A stretch of DNA of 63,575 bases, filler included, from Acidimicrobiia bacterium (GTDB lineage: Bacteria; Actinomycetota; Acidimicrobiia; Spongiisociales; JAHEDJ01), in the NCBI GenBank assembly GCA_029210695.1. It is 5 parts of 5 records of this genome, joined end to end, with 100 filler letters (N's around TTAATTAATTAA, not from the genome) between each part and the next. Parts side by side here need not be neighbours in the genome. Positions count along the whole stretch, not along the records: positions 28,177 to 41,764 come from JARGFH010000080.1; positions 41,865 to 55,312 come from JARGFH010000081.1; 3 more parts are not named here. One strand, written 5' to 3'. The notes under the pieces are model-generated. The model worked only from the letters and a program-made list of their open reading frames with translations, did not search any database and was not told the DNA's origin. Shown piece after piece: positions 40,194 to 50,195 of this stretch (positions within the stretch are counted from its first letter, which is position 1; each line of letters opens with the position of its first letter). The position numbers and the translations under genes were made by a program.

Positions 40194-40790
40194 ATGGATC
40201 GAGACGCATGGGATGACCGCTATCGGGATCGGGAGTGGTTGTGGACCGTCGATGCCAACCGCTTCGTCGTTCAGGAGGTCACCGGTCTGACGCCGGGCAA
40301 GGCGCTGGACCTGGCCGCCGGTGAAGGGCGCAATGCGGTCTGGCTGGCCAAACAAGGGTGGAATGTCACGGCCATCGACTTCTCCGCGGTGGCGCTCGGT
40401 CGGGCGGCCGACCTGGCCGCCCGGGACGGCGTGGAGATCACTACCGTCGCGGCCGACCTGCGTGAGTACGTGCCGGAGGCCGGTGCCTTCGATCTCGTCG
40501 TGCTGGCCTACCTGCACCTGCCCCAGGATCTGCTGCGCGTCGTACATGCGCGAGCTGCGGCTGCCCTGGCGCCCGGAGGGACGATGGTCATTGTCGGGCA
40601 CGATCTCACCAATATCGAGGATGGCTACGGCGGGCCGCAGAGCCCGGAGGTGCTGTACACGCCGGAGGACCTGGTTGCCGACCTCCGGTCGCTCGACATC
40701 GTGAAGGCCGAGAAGGTGAACCGACCCTACATCTCGGAAGAAGGCGAATTCACGGCGATCGACGCGCTGGTGGTAGCGCGCAGAGGGTGA
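40194..40790 (+). CDS. Class I SAM-dependent methyltransferase
   Basis: WDDRY, ALDLAAGEGRNAVWLA, AIDFS, FDLV. Confidence 0.92.
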   Translation: MDRDAWDDRYRDREWLWTVDANRFVVQEVTGLTPGKALDLAAGEGRNAVWLAKQGWNVTAIDFSAVALGRAADLAARDGVEITTVAADLREYVPEAGAFDLVVLAYLHLPQDLLRVVHARAAAALAPGGTMVIVGHDLTNIEDGYGGPQSPEVLYTPEDLVADLRSLDIVKAEKVNRPYISEEGEFTAIDALVVARRG

Positions 40791-40813
40791 GACCTACCAA
40801 GGAGAGCTTCCTG

Positions 40814-41695
40814 ATGGGCACAATCGTTCGTGTGGCTTTGGTCCTGGTGCTGGTGGTGGCGATAGCCGGTTGCGGTGATAGCGGCGGTCCGGGGACAACC
40901 TCCGGGGCGACGGTGGCGTCATCCGCAGCCACCTCTACGACCGAGTCGACGACGCCCCCGGCCGCGGCCACGACCACGACCACAACCTCGGGATCGACGA
41001 CCTCCTCGACCTCATCCACGACGACCACGGTCACGCTTCCCCCGACGCCGATCGTCGACACCATCGTCAACGACACGGACGTGGCGGATCCGCCGATTGA
41101 CATCGAGTCCCGCGAACCGGTCGTTTCAGGCCTGGGAGCGGCCTCGCAGGCCGCAGTCAACCAGGCGATTCGCGATATCGTCGATCCCCGGCGCAACCAG
41201 TTCATCGCAGACGTCTCCTCTTCCCACGACCCGACCCTCGGTCTCCCGGGGTCTTCGTACTGGCTGGAGTTCGAGGTCGGCGTGGCTACTCCTGAGGTCC
41301 TCAGCATCATGTTCTCCGAGTCGATCTATTACGAGGGGGCGGCACACCCGACAACCCAGATGTTCAGCATCACACTGGATCCGCAGACCGGAGCCGTGTT
41401 CGCCCTCGCCGACGTGTTGATCCCGGGGACGATCGGAGCACTCGCCCTGGCAGTCGAACAACGCGTGATCGACGACGTCTACGGGGGAGACTCGGCCGCA
41501 TTCGCCTCGTGGATGAGCGGCGTCCCTCCTGAGCTCCTGTATGCGTGGGCGGTCACCCCGACTGGTGTGCAGATCGGCTTCTCGCAGTACGACGTCGGCC
41601 CCAGCGCGCTGGGTCCGCAGACCGTCGTCGTGCCCTACGGCGAGTTGGCCGGCGTGGTGGACCCGGCTGGACCGGCCGGCGGCCTGATCCCCTAG
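40814..41695 (+). CDS. Lipoprotein with RsiV/DUF3298-like domain
   Basis: Lipobox IAGC, Thr-rich linker, YYEGAAHP, FSQYDVGPSALG...VVPY; its TAG is the CTAG IS target. Confidence 0.8.
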   Translation: MGTIVRVALVLVLVVAIAGCGDSGGPGTTSGATVASSAATSTTESTTPPAAATTTTTTSGSTTSSTSSTTTTVTLPPTPIVDTIVNDTDVADPPIDIESREPVVSGLGAASQAAVNQAIRDIVDPRRNQFIADVSSSHDPTLGLPGSSYWLEFEVGVATPEVLSIMFSESIYYEGAAHPTTQMFSITLDPQTGAVFALADVLIPGTIGALALAVEQRVIDDVYGGDSAAFASWMSGVPPELLYAWAVTPTGVQIGFSQYDVGPSALGPQTVVVPYGELAGVVDPAGPAGGLIP

Positions 41696-41764
41696 GTGGC
41701 TGCCGAAAAAGTTGGTGGTTGTGGGTCGGGGGTGCTCGCGTTCGAGGTCGTTTTCGGTCACACT
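41692..41764. mobile_element. IS terminus at CTAG (same IR as 55-75)
   Basis: CTAG GTGGCTGCCGAAAAAGT, running into the contig end. Confidence 0.65.
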
Positions 41765-41864
41765 NNNNNNNNNNNNNNNNNNNNNNNNNNNNNNNNNNNN
41801 NNNNNNNNTTAATTAATTAANNNNNNNNNNNNNNNNNNNNNNNNNNNNNNNNNNNNNNNNNNNN
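41765..41864. other. Artificial contig linker
   Basis: N44-TTAATTAATTAA-N44. Confidence 0.98.
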
Positions 41865-41939
41865 GAGCCCTCCTCTACGCCGGAAAACCCAACTGGAATC
41901 TACTCGCCACCATCACACCCCGCTGAAATCCGATGAGCC
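41865..41939 (+). mobile_element. ISL3-family right end
   Basis: Transposase tail ALLYAGKPNWNLLATITPR* (stop 41926), terminus AAATCCGATGAGCC. Confidence 0.8.
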
Positions 41940-42033
41940 CGTTTACTCCATCGGGGGTAGCCCGCAGATCTTCTACGAGTGGCTCCAGCGTGACGTTCCC
42001 GACTTCTAGTTCGACAGTCCGGTAGCTCCGCCC

Positions 42034-42062
42034 ACGATGCGATCACCCGGTGATCGCATCGT
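42034..42062. terminator. Perfect palindrome downstream of the acyltransferase
   Basis: ACGATGCGATCACC-C-GGTGATCGCATCGT, 14-bp arms. Confidence 0.5.
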
Positions 42063-42074
42063 CGCGCCCGACCC

Positions 42075-43394
42075 TCACCGGCGCTTTCTCTGGGCAGGTA
42101 GGGCGCCCAGCATCAGTGCACCGGCGATTGCCGCTCCGGGGATGCTCCAGCGGACGACGGCTTCGGAGGTGGCGATTCCGACCTGGGCAACTGCCGCCGC
42201 TGAGCCGGCCAGGAGTAACACACCTATCGTGACGATTGGCCGGTTGTGAGGGAATGGAGCGTCGCTGATCCGCCACTCGAACCGGGCGAACAATGCCACC
42301 AGCCCCAGAGTCACGATGGCCAGAATGGCCAGCCATACCGGGCGGGTGGCCCACCAGACCCCGGTTCCGGGTTCGACCTTGAACAGGGCCCCTTCGAAGG
42401 TGAACAATCCGGCGGCCGCCACCAGCGACATCGCGGACAGATGCCACAGGTAGAGGGTCATGATCACGCCGGAGACGGTCACCACCGCGTGCCAGGCCCG
42501 AACCCGGGCGGTGAGGCGGCGCACCGTCGGTTGGGTGCCGAGGATGATGCCCAACTGGATAATTCCCAACAGCGCAATCGCGAACGTTGGTGGGGTCATG
42601 TTGGTTACCCCGGCGCCGGGCACCCCGACCATCGCCACTGGATACCAGCCGATCCAGGTGACGGCGATCAGTACCGCCAGCACTCCCCCGGCCAGCGTCC
42701 AACCGGCGCGGGCCGGCACTCCCCCGGCCTCGTCCCTGTCAGCCCACCAATAGCCGATCTGGTGGACGGTCGCCCACACGAACAGGAAGTTGAACCAGGC
42801 AACCCCGGGAACGTCGAAGGCGAACCGGGCGACGTCGACGGCGATGGCGGTCGCCGCCGGGAAGAGGACGGTGGCCGGACCGAAGCGGCGCCACCAGGCG
42901 TGGGTGAGAGGCGCCATGGCGGTGAGGCTGATGTACACGGCCAGGAACCACAGCGGCACGGTGGCAGACATGGCCCCGGCGTAGACCACCTCGGGTGGGA
43001 CGAAGGTGCGCATGACCATGATCAGCGCCACCCAGATCACCAGCAGCGGGATGACGGGGGTGAACAGCCGCCGGGCCCTGGCTGTGATCCAGTCCCGGCG
43101 CAGCTCCTCACCGGCGACCACCTTCCGCAGTCCCCGGGCGTTGGCGTATCCGCCGGCCAGGAAGAAGATCGGCATGACCTGAACCACCCAGGTGACCCAG
43201 CCGGAGTATGGGATCCATTCCAGGGAGTTGAGGAGGGCGATCTCATCATTGGGTTGCAACCAGATCGACGCCGCCAGCCAGTGGCCGAACATGACTACCA
43301 GAATGGCCAGCGCCCGCCAGAAATCGACGGTCCGGTTCCGGCTCGCCGGGGTCTCGGCCGCCAGCCGGGCCGTGTAGGCGAGGTACTTCTTCAT
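42075..43394 (-). CDS. Membrane acyltransferase family 3
   Basis: RNRTVDFWRALAILVVMFGHW, QVMPIFF, LWFLAVY, MTLYLWH; AGGAGG RBS before ATG 43394. Confidence 0.9.
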   Translation of the reverse strand: MKKYLAYTARLAAETPASRNRTVDFWRALAILVVMFGHWLAASIWLQPNDEIALLNSLEWIPYSGWVTWVVQVMPIFFLAGGYANARGLRKVVAGEELRRDWITARARRLFTPVIPLLVIWVALIMVMRTFVPPEVVYAGAMSATVPLWFLAVYISLTAMAPLTHAWWRRFGPATVLFPAATAIAVDVARFAFDVPGVAWFNFLFVWATVHQIGYWWADRDEAGGVPARAGWTLAGGVLAVLIAVTWIGWYPVAMVGVPGAGVTNMTPPTFAIALLGIIQLGIILGTQPTVRRLTARVRAWHAVVTVSGVIMTLYLWHLSAMSLVAAAGLFTFEGALFKVEPGTGVWWATRPVWLAILAIVTLGLVALFARFEWRISDAPFPHNRPIVTIGVLLLAGSAAAVAQVGIATSEAVVRWSIPGAAIAGALMLGALPAQRKRR

Positions 43395-43486
43395 TGCCGG
43401 CGTCCCTCCTTGGTTGGCCCCATTATCGGACCCCAAAGACCCGCAACTGAGTATCGTTGGGCGATCAGCTGAAGGGGAACCAGAAC

Positions 43487-44248
43487 ATGTGCGTTGACGC
43501 AGACGCCTCACCTCCAATTCGCCCGGTTTCGGGAGCATCCGTCGACCATCGGGAACTCATCCTCGGCGCCGCCGACGGCAACCAGTTCGCCGCTTTCGAG
43601 GCGTACGCCGCTGAACCCGGCGAGGTAGCGGTGATCGTCTTGCCAGACGTCCGCGGCCTGTTCGGCTTCTATCAAGAGCTGGCCGAGCGGTTCGCCGAGG
43701 TGGGATACGACGCCATCGCCATCGACTATTTCGGGCGGACCGCCGGGATCGGAGTGCGCGATGAGGAATTCGAGTACATGGAGCACATTCCCCGTACGAC
43801 TGCCGACGGCGTGAAGAACGATGTGGCGGCGGCGGTAGCTCACCTGCGGGCAGACCACCCCGATAGGAAACTGTTCACGGTCGGGTTCTGCTTCGGTGGT
43901 TCGAACTCCTGGTACCAGGCGGCCAACGGTCACGGATTGGCAGGAGTCGTCGGTTTCTACGGAAAACCCGATCGAGAGCTGCCGCTCGGGGCAGGGACCG
44001 TGATCGACCGGGTGCCCGACATGGATTGCCCGGTGCTCGGCCTGATGGGTGGGGACGATCCCGGAATCCCACCCGATTCGATCGCTGCCTTCGAAGAAGC
44101 CCTGACCGCCTCGGGCATCCAACACGAACTGATCACCTATCCGGGGGCGCCGCACTCGTTCTTCGACCGGAAACAAGAGCAGTTCGCCTCCGAGTCGGCC
44201 GACGCCTGGCAACGGGTGCTCGACTTCATCGGGACCAACTCGCGATGA
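43487..44248 (+). CDS. Dienelactone hydrolase family protein
   Basis: LPDVRGL, GFCFGG, GGDD, YPGAPHSF. Confidence 0.93.
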   Translation: MCVDADASPPIRPVSGASVDHRELILGAADGNQFAAFEAYAAEPGEVAVIVLPDVRGLFGFYQELAERFAEVGYDAIAIDYFGRTAGIGVRDEEFEYMEHIPRTTADGVKNDVAAAVAHLRADHPDRKLFTVGFCFGGSNSWYQAANGHGLAGVVGFYGKPDRELPLGAGTVIDRVPDMDCPVLGLMGGDDPGIPPDSIAAFEEALTASGIQHELITYPGAPHSFFDRKQEQFASESADAWQRVLDFIGTNSR

Positions 44249-44340
44249 GTTAGTCCGGACTCGTTGAGCTAGCGCCTCGAGCGGGCACCGATCAACGATC
44301 GTTCGCGTATCGCACGATCCGACCGCTAATCAGGTATCCA

Positions 44341-44640
44341 TCAGGTTCTCGTCCGGCTCCGCCCCTGGAAGACCCAGATGAGCGCGATCACCCACAAGCC
44401 GACCCCGCCGGCCAGCATCCCGTATCCCCAGCCTTCCGCGATGTCGCCGACTCGCCAGCTCCAGTCGCCGATTCCCAGGTACTGATCGGCTCCGGCATAC
44501 AAGATGAACAGGCCCAGGAAGATCGCAATCGCACCGAAGATCGCCAGGAGCTGTTTGACGATCCTCTGCCAGCCGGTGCCTGGAGGCGTCGCGGCCGCAC
44601 GATCTGCCTGGTCGGGTGTCGAGTCATACTTCGTGGCCAT
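44341..44640 (-). CDS. Small hypothetical membrane protein
   Basis: AAGGAGG RBS, two TM helices. Confidence 0.75.
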   Translation of the reverse strand: MATKYDSTPDQADRAAATPPGTGWQRIVKQLLAIFGAIAIFLGLFILYAGADQYLGIGDWSWRVGDIAEGWGYGMLAGGVGLWVIALIWVFQGRSRTRT

Positions 44641-44772
44641 TTGGACCTCCTTTCACCCCCATTAGACGGCGGATCACTCCGGGAGTCGAGAGTCAATTGT
44701 CCGAATCCCCTCGTAGGCGGTCGCCTCTCGACCCGGCTTGTAGCGAACAGAGCCATTCGCCTCTTAACCGTC

Positions 44773-44798
44773 GCAACTCGAGGACGGAGAATGACGTT
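44773..44798 (+). promoter_or_regulatory. Putative ECF-sigma promoter
   Basis: GCAAC-N17-CGTT, 17 nt upstream of the lipoprotein ATG. Confidence 0.5.
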
Positions 44799-44815
44799 AA
44801 AAGGGGTGAGATCTC

Positions 44816-46501
44816 ATGCGACGCACTCTGGTCGTTGTTGTTTGTTGGTCCCTAATGCTGGCCGCCTGTGGCACATCCGCAGAGGACTCCGTGGTCTCCA
44901 CGACGGCCCCGACCGCCGTAACCACGACCACGACGCGAGTCACGGTCCCCCCGCCCACCTCAACAACGGCTCCCGCCATCACTTCTACGAGCACCACGAC
45001 GACTTCGATTCCACCGGAGGCGGCGGCGGGGCCCAACTACATCGTCACAGGACGGGAAGGAGTGTTCCGGGTGATCGCCGGTGCCGCGACGCTGGTTCTG
45101 AACCAGCCGGATGTGATGTGGGCGGCAGACGACGGTATGGGTGGCATCGTGTTCTATGCCAGGCCCGGCGTTGTTGAGCATCTCCGGGCCGACACCGGTA
45201 CCAGTGCCGTGATCGCCGAGGATGCATCCCCCAACTACATGGCCCTCGTTGGAGGGCAGCCCGCGGTGGAAATCAGTCATATGACCTTCGATGACTGCGA
45301 CGACGCCGACTCATGGCATGCGATGTTGATCGACTTGCCCACCGGAGAGGAACGGATGCTGATCCCTTGCATTCCCCTGGAGTCGACCGGTGTGCACCCG
45401 CTCTCGATCGGGGGGAATCTCACGGTGTCGGTTGCGGGAGGCGGATGGCCGGACGAGGCACCCGTATCGCACCGGCTGATTCTCCGCAGCCTCGACATGC
45501 CCGAATCGATCACATTCGTCACCGAGTGGGATCTGGACGCGGAACGTCTGCTGGAAGGCCTGGCCGTTGACCTGTCATCTAACCCATGGCCGGAGCCGAC
45601 ACCCTGGTGTGTGCTGACGCCCGTCCTCTCGCCGGATGGCTTGGCGTTAGCGCTCTCAGAATTCGTCCCCCAACCCGACGACCTGGACGCGGCCGACTGG
45701 GCCGAGTTCAACGCGCTCGACATCACCGAACAATGGAGCAGGTGGGAAGCGGCCCTGAGGTTGGGAAACATTCGAGTTCGGATCATCGATCTCGACACAG
45801 GCGAGATCCTCTTCTCGACCACCCGGCCCGGTTGGGGGCAGGTCGTCGACTTCGACGGCCGCTACGTCGTCTACGAGACCAGCCAGATGGACGATGGCGG
45901 TGAGTACTCGCGATCGGTTGAGCTGATCGACAGTCACACAGGTGACGAGATCCCGATCAACTGGGCGGGCAACGAACCTGCGTCGAGCACTATTCGCTTG
46001 TTCCTGCCCACTGCGCCACACGGGGAGGTCAGCCTGCGCGGCGACGGACTCGGGATCGTCGGCTTCGGCGATCCATACGATCGGGTATTGGCAACACTCG
46101 AACAGATCTTGGGGCCGCCAACCGAAATCATCGAGGGCCCCGACGCCATCCAGGCAAGCGATGACTCATTCCACTACGGCGGGCCCGACATGACCGAAGT
46201 CCTGGCTGTATGGCGTCCCATCGGTTTGTTCGTCGCCTTCAGTCCCTATCCGTTCTATAGAGACGACGGAGTCATGCACTTCTCGGGTTGGGCTTCGATT
46301 CCGTCGTGGTCGAGCGTGATCGGGCCCTCGACCCCGGAAGGGATCGGCGTGGGATCGACCTACGCGGAGGCGAACGAGGCTTTCGGGGACCGTTTCGTAG
46401 CAAGCGACGACGAGTGTGGGCCATCCGCATATGTGACACCACTCGGCGAAGACGACGTCGCCTTTCGTATTGGCCTCGTGCTGGAGGTTCGATCGACCTG
46501 A
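44816..46501 (+). CDS. Hypothetical lipoprotein, probably 3'-truncated
   Basis: Lipobox MLAAC, Thr-rich linker, acidic domains; abuts an out-of-frame fragment of another gene near 46485. Confidence 0.75.
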   Translation: MRRTLVVVVCWSLMLAACGTSAEDSVVSTTAPTAVTTTTTRVTVPPPTSTTAPAITSTSTTTTSIPPEAAAGPNYIVTGREGVFRVIAGAATLVLNQPDVMWAADDGMGGIVFYARPGVVEHLRADTGTSAVIAEDASPNYMALVGGQPAVEISHMTFDDCDDADSWHAMLIDLPTGEERMLIPCIPLESTGVHPLSIGGNLTVSVAGGGWPDEAPVSHRLILRSLDMPESITFVTEWDLDAERLLEGLAVDLSSNPWPEPTPWCVLTPVLSPDGLALALSEFVPQPDDLDAADWAEFNALDITEQWSRWEAALRLGNIRVRIIDLDTGEILFSTTRPGWGQVVDFDGRYVVYETSQMDDGGEYSRSVELIDSHTGDEIPINWAGNEPASSTIRLFLPTAPHGEVSLRGDGLGIVGFGDPYDRVLATLEQILGPPTEIIEGPDAIQASDDSFHYGGPDMTEVLAVWRPIGLFVAFSPYPFYRDDGVMHFSGWASIPSWSSVIGPSTPEGIGVGSTYAEANEAFGDRFVASDDECGPSAYVTPLGEDDVAFRIGLVLEVRST

Positions 46502-47468
46502 TCGCCCTCGACGAGCCCTACTACTACGCCGCTGTCTACGACGGCCCAAACGCCTGCGTCTGGCCGGCGGAAAAGGTGGCCGAAGAGGTGGCGCAGTATG
46601 TCGATCTGATGCGTTCTCGCTTCCCGGCGGTGATCGTCGGCGACACAGAACCGACCCCCGTGCCGGTCGAGACGGAGACCTATACGTCGTGGCTCGAGAC
46701 GTTCCGCGAAGTCAACGGCTACGACCTCGGCTTCCTTCACCTCGACATGGACTGGGCCCGGACCGATTGGCCGGTCATGGTCGGCGAGCTCGTCGAATTC
46801 GGTCGGGACTTCGGAGTTCCGGTTGGAATGATCTACATCGGCAACGCCTCCGACCCCAGCGACGAGGTCAACGTGTCGGTGATGGGAGCCCGGGCGCTGC
46901 GGCTCGAAGACGAGTTCGGGGTCGATCCGGCCCACGTCCTGTTCCAGTCCTGGGTGGACCATCCGGATCGGGTCCTCCCCGAGTCCGAGCCCTACCGTTC
47001 ACCTGGCTGGTTCGGACCTACTTCGAGGATCGGGACTTGCTGGGAGTCCGTTCTGAAGGAGCAGGGGCCAACGTGGCCTACGGCAAGGCCGCCCGAGCGT
47101 CTGCCACCAACCCCGGAGATGACCCGGTCAACGCATTCGACGGCGACACCGGAACCCTCTGGTCGGCCGCCGCCGATGCACCCCAATGGATCGAAGTCGA
47201 TCTGGGTGAAGTATTCGACGTTGCGGAGATACGGATGGTCCCCTCGCAGTATCCGGCCGGCAACACAGTCCACCGGATTTCGGGGCGCGGTCCCGACACC
47301 GGAGGTCTGGTCGAACTCGGCGTGATCGAAAGCGAGACCACCGACGGCGACTACGTGGTGCTGGTGGCAGAGTCGCCCTGGCTCGGTCTCGACACCATCC
47401 GGGTGGAGACGACGTCCAGCCCGTCGTGGGTGGCCTGGCGCGAGATCGAAGTGGTGGCGGCCGGTTGA
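46483..47468 (+). pseudogene. Glycoside-hydrolase-like fragment + F5/8-type C (discoidin/CBM32) domain, 5'-deleted and frameshifted
   Basis: Frame A: IDLIALDEPYYY...FQSWVDHPDRVLPESEPY. Frame B from ~46998: FTWLV...NVAYGK...NAFDGDTGTLW...QWIEVDLG...WREIEV. No start codon or RBS. Confidence 0.72.
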
Positions 47469-47504
47469 GTCCTAGCCGGATCACAGAGAGTCGGCGATGG
47501 AGCG

Positions 47505-48389
47505 CTATCGATCGGCTCGGGCGTCGGTCGCGGCAACAATCGACTCGGTGCCTCGACAACCGGGCTCGACGACGAACAGCGCACCGTCGAGGCCACCGTC
47601 GTCGATGCTTTGACCTCTTCCAACCGCGGCGGTCGTGATGAAAAGCCTGTCGAGGTCGGGACCCCCGAATCCACAAGCCGACACCCGGGGTACGGGAAGC
47701 TCTATCTCACCGATGATCCGTCCGTCGGGTGAATACCTGCGCACCTTGCCACCCCCCCACAATGCCACCCAAAGGCAATCCTCGGCGTCGATGGCGATCC
47801 CATCGGGGGTACCGTCCGTTTCGGGCACATCTACAAACGGCCGCCGCCCGGACACCGACCCCGAAGCCGTGTCGTAATCCATGAGATCGATCCGCTGTAA
47901 TCCGCTGTCGACGTAGTACATGAGGTTGCCGTCCGCGGTCCAGGCCAGACCGTTGGAGATGGTGACCCCGCCGAAGAGGGTCCGCACCGACCCGTCGGTG
48001 TCACGTTGGTATAGGTGTCCAATCCCCGGTTGAGCATCGCGGGCCATTGAGCCGGCCACGAACCGCCCGATAGGATCAACCACCCCGTCATTCATGCGCG
48101 AGCCGGAACCTTCGAAAGCGCCCTGGAAGTCGACGATCCCTGTGTTATCCAACGTGGCGAATCCGTTCCGCACCGCCAGCAAGTAGCCGTCGTCCCCATG
48201 AAGGGCAAGGGCGCCAACATCCGCTCCCACAGGGATACTGGTGGTCGTTCCACCATCCGGGTCGGTTAGATGAACGTGGCCGCCGAGTATGTCGACCCAG
48301 GCAAGTAAACCCTTGCGATGATCCCACCGGGGCCCCTCACCCAGCCGGGCATGCAGGTTGATCAGAACATCGACAGCGGCGCCCGGCAT
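47505..48389 (-). CDS. SMP-30/gluconolactonase family protein
   Basis: LGEGPRWD, RMNDG, ISNGLAW, PDGIAIDAE, FGGPDLDRLFITTA. Confidence 0.93.
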   Translation of the reverse strand: MPGAAVDVLINLHARLGEGPRWDHRKGLLAWVDILGGHVHLTDPDGGTTTSIPVGADVGALALHGDDGYLLAVRNGFATLDNTGIVDFQGAFEGSGSRMNDGVVDPIGRFVAGSMARDAQPGIGHLYQRDTDGSVRTLFGGVTISNGLAWTADGNLMYYVDSGLQRIDLMDYDTASGSVSGRRPFVDVPETDGTPDGIAIDAEDCLWVALWGGGKVRRYSPDGRIIGEIELPVPRVSACGFGGPDLDRLFITTAAVGRGQSIDDGGLDGALFVVEPGCRGTESIVAATDARADR

Positions 48390-48417
48390 GTCAGAACTTA
48401 CCTCTCATGGCTTCATT

Positions 48418-49242
48418 TCAGGACGGTACTTGTTCACTAGCGGGGACGTCGACCCGTACCCAGTCGATCAATACTCTCACCTCGTCGTCTTTGATCCGAT
48501 CCACCGTCTCTTCACTGATTCCGTAGTAGGGCGACCGGATTCCGTTTGTCTTGTACGGATAAGTGCCACCCAGTGCAAGGTTGAGGATGAGGAACTTCTC
48601 GTTATCGAACATCCACGGACCGAAGAACTCGGCCATGGGAGGCGTCACCCGGTACACGGTGGCTCCGTCGACCTCGAAGCGGAGCCGATCCGGCGACCAA
48701 TCGAGCGTATACGTGTGCCAACCGGTCGCATCGTTGCCGTCCGGAAAGTAGAGCTTGTTGACGAGGCCGGCCTCCCCAGCGTATCCGGGCCCGTGCACGG
48801 CGGAACTCACCCAATCCCGTTCGCCGACATACTCCATGATGTCGATCTCGCCGGTATCCGGCCACCGGCCGTTCCCCATGGCCCAGAAGGCGGGCCACGA
48901 CCCGGGCCCAGTGGGGAGCTGCATCCGAGCCGATGCTCTTCCGTATCGGAACTGGAACCGGTCTCTCGTGTCGATTCGGCCGGAGAGGAAATCGAAAGTC
49001 TGCCCGTCCTCAGTCTCGAAACCGGGTCGATACCGCGGATGGAGCACGAGGACGTTTCCGTCTGCGCCGGGGACCCCGCGCTCGACATAGGCCGTTTCGG
49101 TCGAGTCGATGTAGGCCTGCTGCTCGTCGTTGACTACACGGCCGGTCGTCCGCACGTTCCACTTTGAGCGGTCCAGTTCTCCCAAACTGAAGCCATCAAA
49201 GAAGATCGGCTCGGCTCGGTCGGGTTCGACTACAGACTCCAC
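48418..49242 (-). CDS. GH16 glycoside hydrolase (laminarinase-like), no signal peptide
   Basis: WPAFWAMG, GEIDIMEY, ILNLALGG; GTG 49242. Confidence 0.92.
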   Translation of the reverse strand: MESVVEPDRAEPIFFDGFSLGELDRSKWNVRTTGRVVNDEQQAYIDSTETAYVERGVPGADGNVLVLHPRYRPGFETEDGQTFDFLSGRIDTRDRFQFRYGRASARMQLPTGPGSWPAFWAMGNGRWPDTGEIDIMEYVGERDWVSSAVHGPGYAGEAGLVNKLYFPDGNDATGWHTYTLDWSPDRLRFEVDGATVYRVTPPMAEFFGPWMFDNEKFLILNLALGGTYPYKTNGIRSPYYGISEETVDRIKDDEVRVLIDWVRVDVPASEQVPS

Positions 49243-49247
49243 GTCCC

Positions 49248-50195
49248 CTAGCCATCCACCGGCTGGTATACGCGAACGTGGTCGACGTACATGTGCTGAG
49301 GGAACTCGGCATCCGGCGGGATGAGTCCACCTATGATGCCGCCGAGCGCGAGGTTGAGAATCATGAAGAATGGCTGGTCGAACACCCATTCTCGCTCCCC
49401 TACCGAGTCTCTGCTCTTCTCGGCGTAGAGCTCGCCGTCGAAGTACCAGCGGATACCGTCGTAGTCCCAGTCGATGGCAAAGGTGTGGAATTCGTCGGCA
49501 ATCGAGAACTCCTGCCGGTTCCAGGTCGTGAGACCACCGGCGCCCGCATATCCGGGACCGTGGATGGTCCCCAGCACGAGATCCGGTTCCTTGCCGGCGT
49601 ACTCCATGATGTCGATTTCTCCCACATCCGGCCAGTTGCTGTCATCGGGGTTCTCGGTGTCCCTCCCGAAGTCGGCGCCGAGCATCCAGAACGCCGGCCA
49701 GGTTCCAACTCCGGCGGGCACCTTGATGCGAGCCTCGATGAAGCCGTACTGGAACTCACGGAGGCCCTGAGTGAGGAGGCGTGCCGACGTGTAGTAGTTC
49801 CCTTCGAACTGCTCTTTGTCGGCTTCAATGACCAGCAAACCGTTCTGCACCCGGGCGTTCTCGGGCCGGTCGGTGTAGTACTGGGCCTCGCCGTTGCCCC
49901 AGCCCCAGCCGCCGATGTCGTAGGTCCAGTTGGTGGGATCGATGGTGTCGCCGTCGAACTCGTCGTTCCAGACGAGTTCCATACCCTCCGGGGACTCGAT
50001 CGAGATTGGTTCCGGGGTAGTAATAGTGGTGGTTGTGGTTGGCGGGATCGTCGTCGTGGTCGACCCACGGGTCACAGTGGTTTCGGACGCGTCACGGGAG
50101 GTTGAGTTTGAGTCCCCGCTGCACGCACCGGCCACGATCGCCAGACTCAACAGGACGTATGGAAGTCTCCTGTGCCCGGATAGTGTGGCGTTCAC
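49248..50195 (-). CDS. GH16 glycoside hydrolase lipoprotein
   Basis: Lipobox AGAC, LVWNDEFDG, WGNGEAQYY, WPAFWML, GEIDIMEY. Confidence 0.94.
   Translation of the reverse strand: MNATLSGHRRLPYVLLSLAIVAGACSGDSNSTSRDASETTVTRGSTTTTIPPTTTTTITTPEPISIESPEGMELVWNDEFDGDTIDPTNWTYDIGGWGWGNGEAQYYTDRPENARVQNGLLVIEADKEQFEGNYYTSARLLTQGLREFQYGFIEARIKVPAGVGTWPAFWMLGADFGRDTENPDDSNWPDVGEIDIMEYAGKEPDLVLGTIHGPGYAGAGGLTTWNRQEFSIADEFHTFAIDWDYDGIRWYFDGELYAEKSRDSVGEREWVFDQPFFMILNLALGGIIGGLIPPDAEFPQHMYVDHVRVYQPVDG

Noticed and set aside
44284..44315. Possible ninth repeat copy (GGCACCGATCAAC...CGCGTATCGCAC)
   Set aside because: Weak match that lacks the CG^GC block at +50; could be chance.
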